Source: Macrostomum lignano (taxonomy: Eukaryota). Taken from it: 64,000 nucleotides of DNA. Numbering within the stretch: the first letter of the stretch is position 1; each line of letters opens with the position of its first letter. A program made the translations under genes and the position numbers. The stretch spans positions 1-64,000 of the forward strand of contig NIVC01002162.1 of NCBI GenBank assembly GCA_002269645.1, given 5' to 3'. Positions 1 through 10,557 of this stretch are shown here, one piece after another. The notes beneath the pieces are model-generated. The model did no database searches. It saw only the letters and a list, made by a program, of their open reading frames with translations, and was not told where the DNA came from.

Positions 1-455
1 CCAGGCTACCGGTTTTCAACTCAATCTCACACCTGGGCTACTGGTTCCCAACTAAATCTCACACCTGGTTACCGGTCTCCAACTAAATCTCACACCTGGG
101 ATACCGGTTCCCAACTAAATCTCACACCTGGGATACCGGTCAACTAAATCTCACACCTGGGTTACCGGTGACCAACTCAATCTCCACCCAGGCTTACCGC
201 GTTTTCAACTCAATCTCACACCTAAGGCTACTGGTTTCCAACTAAATCTCACACCTGGGTTACCGTTGACCAACTCAATCTCACACCCAGGCTACCGGTT
301 TCCAACTAAACTCATCTACACTAGGCATACCGGTTCCAACTAAATCTCACACCTGGGATACGTCCAACTAAATCTCACACCTGGGTTACGGTTTCCCAAC
401 AATCTCACACCTGGCTACCTGTTCCCAATTCAATCTCACACGTGGGTTACAGGTT
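1..455. repeat. ~32-bp tandem repeat (AACTAAATCTCACACCTGGGTTACCGG...)
   Basis: Visible periodicity with many small indels. Confidence 0.9.
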
Positions 456-681
456 CTTAATTATAAATACTTAAATGGGGCTATAGCTCAATAATCTATT
501 ACATGTATTAAGATAGCAACAAAATGATTACAGATTACAAAAGATATACGTTATTAAAGTAGAGAAACCTGTAAGCGCTAAATAGCGAGTACATAATGTA
601 CTCTTCTATAAGTAGTAAGCTACTGGCCTGTCTCCATTCTCATACTATCAGCAGTCTGCTTAGCCGCCATTCGCCTAGTCA

Positions 682-3600
682 TCATTGGCTGTTGCTTTGC
701 TCTTGCTGCTTCTGCTGCTTGAGCCGTTTCTGCTGCTGCAACAATCTGTACCTGCGGCTAGACCAGAACTTCACTGTACAATCGTCTGATGCGGTGGCGA
801 GCAAACCGCAGGCTGACAGGGCGCATGCGTTGACTACGGAATCGTGACGCAGAGTGCACAATTTGGTGCCGTATATCCTGTCCCAGACGTATGCCTGCAA
901 TGCAGTGCGAGTGCCGGTGTTTTTTTACTTTTTGACTACTACTAGTAGTGCGCTTTCTATAAAAAATATAAAAAAATTGACGGATAGTGAAATGGAAATA
1001 GTTGTCATACGAATACAATTGGAAAAATAAGGCTTGGAGGTCACCAAGGTCACCGACCTCACCGATTCTAGGTTATAAATGTTTTTTTACAAAACGGAAC
1101 AAAATGTCGTAAGGACACAAAGCTAGATGACCTTAAATGTCCTGATGTTCCGAAATAAAAAAGACCTTAAATTTCCTGGTTCCTAAAATCTAAACGACCT
1201 TAACTGTCCTGGCTCCAGAAATCTAAATGACCTTAAATGTCCCTAGGTCCCAAAATCTAAATGACATTAAATGTCTTGGCTCCAGAAATCTAAATGACCT
1301 TAAATGTCCATAGTCCCAAAATCTAAATGACATTAAATGTCTTGGCTCCTAAAGTCTAAATGACCTTAAATGTCCTAGCTCCTAAAATCTAAATGACCTT
1401 AAATGTCCTTGAGGTCGCAAAGTCTGAATGACCTTGAATGTCATGAGGTCTTTAAGTGATTTTAAATTTCCCGAGATCAACTCTAAATGAACCTGAACAG
1501 ACCCCAAAGGCCACCAACCAGCTAACAAATACCTGGCAGTCCTCGCTGCCGCTGCACACCAGTTGCGAGCCGACATCCATAAACAGAAAGAAGCACTGCT
1601 GGCTGGGCGTGAAGCCCTTATGCCCGGTGTAAACACAGCCAAAGTACCGGCAAGCCAGCAGGTCGAGCACGTGAATCTCAGCCGATTCGCTCAACTCTAA
1701 GGCGCCGATGGCGGCCGGTGCAGCAGCGAAGGCCAAGTCCCAGTCGGCGGCGTCGCCGACGGCTGCAGCTGCGGCGGCAGCTTGCGGATGTCGCCAAGGC
1801 CGCACGTTGACGAATAGGAAGCGATGATCCTGGCTGAGGCTCATGCCGATCACGTGACCGCCGACCGTTACTTCCCATTCGTCGGCGTCAATATCCGCGG
1901 TTGTCGCCGACGCCAGCGACGCGGCGCGTTGAAGACTGCTCAGACAAGGAATAGATGCTGCGGCTGGCCCAGCGGCACGGGTCGGCGTCGGGATCGAAAC
2001 CTGCGAGGATGGAAGCCGAAACATTGACAGATCATTGGGGACTTTTTCCATGGAAAGCCATTCTCTTAAGTCACCAGGGACGATTTTCAAGTTCATAAAA
2101 GAGAGATTCTCACGCACAGGAAAGGCGATTCTCAAGGTCATAAAAGGGCGATTCTCAAGGACAGGAAAGGGCGATTCTCAAGGTCATAAAAGAGAGATTC
2201 TCAAGGACAGGAAGGGCGATTCTCAAGGTCATAAAAGGGCGATTCTCAAGGTCATAAAAGGGCGATTCTCAGGGACAAGAGAAGGCGATTTTCAAGTTCA
2301 TAAAAGGGCGATTCTCAAGTTCATAAAAGGGCGATTCTCAGGGACAAGAGAAGGCGATTTTCAAGGCCATAAAAGGGCGATTCTCAAGATAAAAGGGCGA
2401 TTCTCAGGTCAAAAGGCGATTTCATGACGTAAAAGGGCGATTCTCAGAGACGGAAAAGCGATTCTCAGGTCTAAGAGGTCAATTCTCAGGGTCATTAAAG
2501 ATTGATTCTCAGGGACAGGAAAGGGCCATTCTCAGGGTCATAAGAGGTCAATTCTCAGGGTTATAAAAGAGCGATTTTCAGGTACAGGAAAGGGCAATTC
2601 TCAGGGTTATAAAAGGGCGACTCTTAGAGACAGGAAGAGGCGATTCTGAGTGAGACGGAAGCCAGCCAGCAATTCCCAAGTGCTTCAATGCATGAAGAGT
2701 GGATTATGAAAGCTTGGAGCTTTGGAAGTACTCCAACAGCGGCTCACCCGCGTCGCTATCCGGACCGTGAAAACCATTCAGGTGCCTCTCGTAGGCGCCA
2801 ATCCAAGGCGGCCGGCAGTGCCGCAGGCGGCGCACGCAGACGCACTCGGACAGGAAGTTGTTGCGGCCGCGGTTAACCAGCAGGAGCTTCTCGCGGCAGC
2901 GGCATTCGGCGGGGTCGCGGCGGACCGAGGGGGAGACGTCGCTTGCCTTGGCTGGGTTGTTTGAGTGGGTGGGATCGGAAGGGTTGGCGCTGGGATGGGC
3001 GACTTAGTGCCGATTCTTAATGGCGATTTTTAATGACGATTTTTAATGACGATTTTTAATGGCGATTTTTAATGGCGATTTTTAATGGCGATTTTTAATG
3101 GCGATTTTTAATGACGATTTTTAATGACGATTTTTAATGGCGATTTTTATGGCGATTTTTAATGACGATTTTTAATGACGATTTTTAATGGCGATTTTTA
3201 ATGGCGATTTAAATGGCGATTCTTAATGGCGATTTTTTAATGGCGATTTTTAATGGCGATTTTAAATGGCGATTTTTATTAGTAATTTTTAATGCCGATT
3301 CTTAATGGCGATTTTTAAAGCGATTTTAAATGGCGATTCTTAATGGCGATTCTTAATGGCGATTTTTTAATGGCGATTTTTAATGGCGATTTTTTATTAG
3401 TAATTTTAATGGCGATTCTTAATGGCGATTTTTAATGACGATTTTTAATGACGATTTTAAATGGCGATTCTTAATGGCGATTCTTAATGGCGATTTTTTA
3501 ATGGCGATTTTTAATGGCGATTTTTTATTAGTAATTTTTAATGGCGATTCCTAATGGCGATTCTAAATGGTAACTTTTTTGGCGATTTTTAAAGCGATTT

Positions 3601-6600
3601 TAAATGGCGATTCTTAATGGCGATTTTTAATGACGATTTTTAATGACGATTTTTAATGGCGATTTTTTATTGGTAATTTTTAATGGCGATTCTTAATGGC
3701 GATTTTTAATGGCAATTTTTTATTAGTAATTTTTAATGGCGATTCTTAATGGCGATTCTAAATGGTAACTTTAATTGGCGATTTTTTAATGGCGATTTTT
3801 GATGCCGATTGGGGCGATTCTCAAGGACGATTATCAGGGGCGATTCCTAATGGCGAATCCGCTTCCCCAGCACTCACTCAGCAGCCTATTAGACTCGAAC
3901 TCGTACTGCAACCGGCTGGCTCGAGTTTGAAATCTGCCGCAATATTGATTGCTGCTATTATCATCACTATCGACATTATTGTTGAACCGACACCGACCCT
4001 TAGCGCCGAGGCACATCCGGCCGCCTTGAGCAACCATCAGGCGTCGAACAGTGGCCGCCGGATGTCCGACATAGGCCTGCAGGCTGGCCGACTCCGGCGT
4101 GTTTCTCAGCTCCAACAGCAGGCGCTCATTGCTGGTTAGAAGGCCGATCTGTAGAGTTGTTGCGTTTGAGTTGTGAGACTTGGTCTCAAGTCTCGCCGAT
4201 TTCAACAACAGAAAGGAAAATCTCACCCTACAAGCCTATTCAATCTTCAAAATCTCCACCCTACAAGCTTAACAGTCTTCAAAATCTCACCCCATATATA
4301 TGTTTAATAGCCTCCAAAATCTCACCCCTATAAGTTTAATAGTCTTCAAAATCTCACCCCATAAGGTTTAATAGTCTTCAAAATCTCACCCCCTACAGGT
4401 TTAATAGTCTTCAAAATCTCACCCCATAAGGTTTAATAGTCTTCAAAATCTCACCCCCTACAGGTTTAAAAGTCTTCAAAATCTCACCTCTACAAGTTTA
4501 ATAGTCTTCAAAATCTCACCTCTACAAGTTTAAAAGTCTTCAAAATCTCTCCCCTACAAGTTTAAAAGTCTTCAAAATCTCACCCCATAAGGTTTAATAG
4601 TCTTCAGAATATCACTCTTTTTACCAACATTCAAAATCTCACCCCACAAAAAGTTGGATAGGCAGCCTTCAAAATGAGCTCACCCTGTGAATAAGCACCC
4701 TGGTCACGCTAGTATTATCGAAATTGTTCAGTTCAAACGTGCCAGACAGATAGTGATAAGAGTCTAAGAAGCAGCCGAACACGTCGTAGGGTTGCAGCTC
4801 TGCTCTGGAGAGAAACTGGTCCATCTCTGCAGGGTTCAATTAAATAGACTTTATTTTAAAACTAACATTAACAGATTAACACTGATCTTGAGAAAGATCA
4901 GTTAACATCTCACCATAGAGATGAATATCTGTGTTTATTCACCGTTGTATCCAATTACATCGCCATTTACATCGCCATAGCAACCGTTGGTATCCAATCG
5001 GCAATATTATAGCTACTTAAAACTAATAAAACAGTAGCATAGCACCGAATAAATACCCTAGCAACGGTTGCCAGGCAAAAATACCCTAGCAACGGTTGCC
5101 AGGCGAAAAATACCCTAGCAACGGTTGCCAGGCGAAAAATACCCTAGCAACGGTTGCCAGGCGAAAAATACCCTAGCAACGGTTGCCAGGCGAAAAATAC
5201 CCTAGCAACGGTTGCCAGGCGAAAAATACCCTAGCAACGGTTGCCAGGCGAAAAATACCCTAGCAACGGTTGCCAGGCGAAAAATACCCTAGCAACGGTT
5301 GCAAGCCGAATAAAAAATCATACCAACGGTTGCCAGCCGACCCAAATAAAAAACCATAGCAACGGTTGCCACCCGACCCGAATAAAAAACCATAGCAACG
5401 GTTGCCAGCCGGCCCAAATAAAAAACCATAGCAACGGTTGCCACCCGACCCGAATAAAAAACCATAGCAACGGTTGCCAGCCGACCCAAATAAAAAACCA
5501 TAGCAACGGTTGCCACCCGACCCGAATAAAAAACCATAGCAACGGTTGCCAGCCGACCCGAATAAAAAACCATAGCAACGGTTGCCAGCCGAATAAAAAA
5601 ACATAGCAACCGTTGCCACCTGAATAAAAATAGCCTAGCAACGGTTGCTAACAGAACAAACACGCATAGCAACACCTAAAATGAGCGAACTATCACCATA
5701 GCAACAATAAAACAAATTCTCTGCAAACGCACCAACATTGTAGATGGCAATTTCGCCTTGTTCAGCCTCTCGCTTAGCTCCGCTAATAAGTATAACATCG
5801 CCAGACTCGGCTGCAAACGGTTGAAACTCCACGTACTGGCAGTAGAGCCAATCAAACTGCGACACCAGTTCCAGGCGATGCGTTTCAACTGCGTCATCTG
5901 CTGGCAGCGAGGCAATTAAAGCGGCTTTGTTAAAGTGCAGCGTGCGATAGCACTGGCCAGGATTGCACACCAGCCACAGCTTCACCGTGCCGTCCTTTGA
6001 AGCGGTGGCGAAATATCGGCCATCGGGAGTGTCCGGCGCCGCCACGTGCAGCACCTGGTTTATGTCAAAGAGAGATCAAATGGGAAATGATAATGACATC
6101 ACAATCACATTATTTTTTACTATATTCGTTTGGTAATGATTCATACCAAGGTGATTAAGGCCCGTTTGGACAGGCACGACTCAGTTATACGAACTATGGA
6201 CATTATTATTCATTTCTATGGCCACATGACTCATTTCTATAGCCAGATTTCTATGGTTACATGACTCACTTCTATGGCTGCATGACTCATTTCTATGGCT
6301 ACATGGCTCATTTCTTTGGCAAGATGACTCATTTCTTTGGCAAGATGACTCATTTCTAAGGCAATATGACTCATTTCTATGGCAACATGATTCGTTTCTA
6401 TGGCATCATGATTCATTTCTTAGCCAGATGAAGCCAGACGACTCATTTCTATGACCACATTACTCATTTTTATGAATAAAGTACTCAGTTTTATGGCTAC
6501 ATTACTCATTTCGATGACCATACGACTCATTTTAATAACCAAATTAGTCATTTGACGATCACATGCCTCCTTAAAAGACAGCTGCATGATCCAACTGGTT

Positions 6601-7182
6601 AGTCATGGCTTTTCATGTCATTTGATCAATCATGATTCATGACCAACTTCGAGTGCCAAAATCTAATTTAAATAGTTCCATGAATTAGAAATGACTATGA
6701 CTCATTAGGATGATCATACCACATAACTTTATCTAGGATGCCCATCCAGATTCACTTGATTGGTCATTCATGACTCATTTGGATGGTCGCTACTTATTAA
6801 TGAGTTACTTTCTGTTCCTATCCCCCAATAGCAGAGTGACTAGTTAAGACTAAAAACAAACTGAAAAAACGCCAACCTCATCGCTGTGCTGGCCGCACTG
6901 GCACTCCAGCTTATCCGGCTTAGAATCCTCAATCAATCGCGCTAATTGGTGGCGCGTTGGCGCCACCGGCGGCAGCGGATCGGAGCGCCGATAATTGGGA
7001 TGCGACCTGGCCAAGTAGCCCGACCAGAAGGCTTCGCGGTTGACTAGGAAATGCCAATTGCGACAGGCCAGCGACACGGCCTCAATGTCGGCCAGGGAGT
7101 CAAGCGACTCCAGCACGCGATAGAATGCTAGCTGGGGCAGGTTGCACCATAGACTGTGCTGGGGAGAGCAGGGCTGAGCCAT
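682..7182 (-). CDS. FBXW5: F-box/WD40 repeat protein, FBXW5-like (7 coding exons)
   Basis: Exons (minus): 7182-6877, 6054-5733, 4826-4684, ~4184-3878, 2951-2748, ~2000-1533, 894-682. The N-terminal F-box is LPQLAFYRVLESLDSLADIEAVSLACRNWHFL. FBXW5-type motifs follow: HSDE|VLHV...FATASKDGTVKLW, QPYDVFGCF, ATVRRLMVA, GHVIGMSLSQDHRFLFVNVRPW, GHKGFTPSQQCFFLFMDV...SGSEDCQ|AYVWDR, HDSVVNAC...TASDDCTVKFWSS. One junction (exon 5/6) has a phase conflict. Confidence 0.88.
1120..1490. repeat. ~41-bp tandem repeat (AAATCTAAATGACCTTAAATGTCC...) in FBXW5 intron
   Basis: Visible periodicity. Confidence 0.9.
2085..2650. repeat. Compound 18-24-bp repeat (AAAAGGGCGATTCTCAAGG) in FBXW5 intron
   Basis: Visible periodicity. 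Confidence 0.9.
3010..3800. repeat. 13-bp tandem repeat (TAATGGCGATTTT) in FBXW5 intron
   Basis: Visible periodicity; shares GGCGATT with 2085-2650 and 30925-31170. Confidence 0.93.
4215..4645. repeat. ~30-bp tandem repeat (TTTAATAGTCTTCAAAATCTCACCCC...) in FBXW5 intron
   Basis: Visible periodicity. Confidence 0.9.
4975..5650. repeat. 30-bp then ~38-bp tandem repeat with core TAGCAACGGTTGCCA in FBXW5 intron
   Basis: About 18-20 units, with a unit-length switch near 5300. Confidence 0.93.
6220..6780. repeat. Degenerate ~20-bp repeat (CATGACTCATTTCTATGG) in FBXW5 intron
   Basis: Visible periodicity, decaying towards 6780. Confidence 0.8.
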
Positions 7183-7282
7183 TTGCGCTTGTTCTCAGTT
7201 GGCTTTTAATTTGGGCGGCGGCAATACAAGTACAGAGTGAGGCATGCATTGAAATGTGAGGACTCCGAGTGAGGACTCAGCA

Positions 7283-8538
7283 GCTCTGGGAGGCTGGCCC
7301 AGCAACTGAGGATCTGGGAGGCTGGCCCAGCAACTGAGGATCTGGGAGGCTGGCCCAGCAACTGGGGATCTGGGAGGCTGACCCAGCAACTGAGGATCTG
7401 GGAGGCTGGCCCAGCAACTGAGGATCTGGGAGGCTGGCCCAGCAACTGAGGATCTGGGAGGCTGGCCCAGCAACTGAGGCTCTGGGAGGCTCGCCCAGCA
7501 ACTGAGGATCTGGGAGGCTGGCCCAGCAACTGAGGCTCTGGGAGGCTGGCCCAGCAACTGAGGCTCTGGGAGGCTGGCCCAGCAACTGAGGCTCTGGGAG
7601 GCTGGGCCAGCAACGGAGGATCTGGGAGGCCGGGCCAGCAACTGAGGATCTGGGAGGCTGGCCAAGCAACTGAGGATCTGGGAGGCTGGCCCAGCAACTA
7701 AGGCTCTGGGAGGCTGGGCCAGCAACGGAGGATCTGGGAGGCTGGGCCAGCAACTGAGAATCTGGGAGGCTGGCCCAGCAACTGAGGCTCTGGGAGGCTG
7801 GCCCAGCAACTGAGGATCTGGGAGGCTGGCCCAGCAACTGACACTCTGGGAGGCTGGCCCAGCAATTGAGGATCTGGGAAGCTGGCCCAGCAACTGACAC
7901 TCTGGGAGGCTGGCCCAGCAACTGAGGATCTGGGAGGCTGGCCCAGCAACTGAGGATCTGGGAGGCTGGCCCAGCAATTGAGGATCTGGGAGGCTGGCCC
8001 AGCAACTGGGGATCTGGGAGGCTGGCCCAGCAACTAAGGATCTGGGAGACTGGCCCAGCAACTGAGAATCTGGGAGGCTGGCCCAGCAACTGAGGCTCTG
8101 GGAGGCTGGCCCAGCAACTGACACTCTGGGAGGCTGGCCCAGCAACTGACACTCTGGGAGGCTGGCCCAGCAATTGAGGATCTGGGAAGCTGGCCCAGCA
8201 ACTGACACTCTGGGAGGCTGGCCCAGCAACTGACACTCTGGGAGGCTGGCCCAGCAACTGACACTCTGGGAGGCTGGCCCAGCAACTGACACTCTGGGAG
8301 GCTGGCCCAGCAACTGACACTCTGGGAGGCTGGCCCAGCAATTGAGGATCTGGGAAGCTGGCCCAGCAACTGACACTCTGGGAGGCTGGCCCAGCAACTG
8401 ACACTCTGGGAGGCTAGCCCAGCAACTGGGGATCTGGGAGGCTGGCCCAGCAACTGAGGATCTGGGAGGCTGGCCCAGCAACTGAGGATCTGGGAGGCTG
8501 GCCCAGCAATTGAGGATCTGGGAGGCTGGCCCAGCAAT
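7283..8538. repeat. 28-bp satellite (CCCAGCAACTGAGGATCTGGGAGGCTGG)n, locus 1
   Basis: About 45 units; source of the spurious 533/375-aa ORFs. Confidence 0.97.
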
Positions 8539-9229
8539 TTTCGTTGTCTGTTGGCTTCCAGGCTTGCAGAAGGGCTGCAGGCAATGGAATAATAAAAAAA
8601 CAGTTAAGAGACAGCAGTTATCAGTTACACTTTTGACAATTATGACAACTATATAATTATTGCCGAGCAAATGAAAACAGCGATTAGGACACACAATAAA
8701 GCAGCAGCTAAAAGAAACTGTGTAAGCGGGCATGACAGTGGAAAATTTAACAAACTTAGCTAACCTATAGCACAGAGCTATTACGTACCCTGACATTTTT
8801 CAACAAAAGTGTTTTGAATAAAGATTCTAGCATTTAATAGTGCAGATTAGCAAACTGATGAAGGAAGTAAGGTAGATTATTATTTATATTATATAATACA
8901 AACTGAATAAGAGCAGTAAGCTTAAAAATGAACGCATGTAAAGCCACAAACGAGAGGGGCATTTGTAAGAAAGTAGAAAATGAAAAACACCTCTCTATTA
9001 GACACCTTTATTAAATAACGAATTGTCGAATTTGTCAAACACCTGAGCGTCTCATAATATTGATACGCTAGATAGTCTACTGCAGAGTTACCCGGTAGTA
9101 GTAGTTGTTAAGCTAGAGAAATTTGACTATTATTAAAGTTGAAATTTTATTTTTAGGGTGGCGCCTCGGCCCTGCCGATCAACAGTTTGGCTTTCCCTCT
9201 TGCCCGCATGCATCTGAATTTGACCTCTC

Positions 9230-9745
9230 TCCTTACTGCACTCTCATTGGCTGAGCTAGATTGGGCCTGCCCCCTAGGCGGAGTTTCGTCCACTGACTCT
9301 GACTTCTCTCTTTACTGCACTCTTATTGGCTGAGCTAGATTGGGCCTGCCCTTAGAGTCTTAGACCAACTTTCGTCCGCCTGACTTTCACTTCTCTCCTT
9401 GCTGCTCTCTCATTGGCTGAGCTAGATTGGGCCTGCCCCCTAGGCGGAGTTTTGTCCTCTGACTCCGACGTCTCTCCTTACTGCTCTCATTGGCTGAGCT
9501 AGATTGGGCCTGCATTTAGTCTTAGACCAACTTTCGTCCGCCTGACTTTCACTTCTCTCCTTGCTGCTCTCTCATTGGCTGAGCTAGATTGGGCCTGCCC
9601 CCTAGGCGGAGTTTTGTCCTCTGACTCCGACGTCTCTCCTTACTGCTCTCATTGGCTGAGCTAGATTGGGCCTGCATTTAGTCTTAGACCAACTTTCGTC
9701 CGCCTGACTTTCACTTCTCTCCTTGCTGCTCTCTCATTGGCTGAT
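9230..9745. repeat. ~81-bp repeat arranged as a ~162-bp A/B dimer with paired CCAAT boxes
   Basis: ATTGGCTGAGCTAGATTGGGCCTGC occurs 6 times plus 1 partial copy, with alternating spacers. Confidence 0.9.
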
Positions 9746-10479
9746 GCTTAAATATCGAATTTTTTGTTGTCTATGGCCCAAACCCTGTCTTGTTTAATTA
9801 ATTTAATCGTACAATCCTCCTGTTTCTTATATTGTCCCAACTTTAATTGACAAAACAGCATTAAATATAATTGACCGGAAAAGCGCCAAAAATTAACTAC
9901 TAGAATAAAGCAATTGTGAATACAGCATGGTGGTACATAAATAGCAAAACAACACAATAAAAACGTGGTTTTTCTTAAAAACACAAAGACGCATTTTATT
10001 TTACTATTTATTTTTCATATAAAATTGATAACGCGAGAACAAAGATTATAACAAGTGAAAAGGGTAATTTTTATGAAAATTCGATTTAAAAAACATTTAC
10101 AAATCGAAAAACGCAATTAGCTGCCCCTACAACAAGCCTACGCTTATAATAATTACCATAGACTAATCAAGTAGGAAGAGCATTTCTTTTAACGAGCTAT
10201 TCGCTATTATACTACTCAACTGCTGTTTTGTAAGTAGTTCAGAAGAATAATCTACAAAAATTAACTACAGTTTGAAAGTTTACGATATACATGTAGGAGA
10301 CAGAGCGACAAAGAGTTAATTAATAATGCGATTAAAGCTGCTGCAATGGATAGGAATTGGAAAAAGGTATAGTTTCTTTAGTCTTTGTTTAAGACATGAA
10401 ATCAAAAAATTGGGATAGGACAGGGTTTATGATTGATTAGTATATATACACACAAGTTTATATCGGCAAAAAGGAAATG

Positions 10480-10485
10480 TTTATT
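10480..10485 (-). promoter_or_regulatory. Candidate polyadenylation signal of KDM6A
   Basis: AATAAA on the minus strand ~75 nt after the proposed TAA at 10558. Confidence 0.4.
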
Positions 10486-10557
10486 TCGTTATAAACTCAA
10501 CGGAGCGTTCATAGTTTGAAGTTCAGTTTAGTTAGTCAGGTCGGCTCCGCCATCGGT

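Noticed and set aside
7195-8796. 533/375-aa ORFs and similar GPASQ..CWASLP ORFs at 20.1-20.9k, 54.5-55.1k and 58.0-58.8k
   Set aside because: Translations of the 28-bp satellite; the same peptide appears in all frames and the repeat lies in introns or upstream regions.
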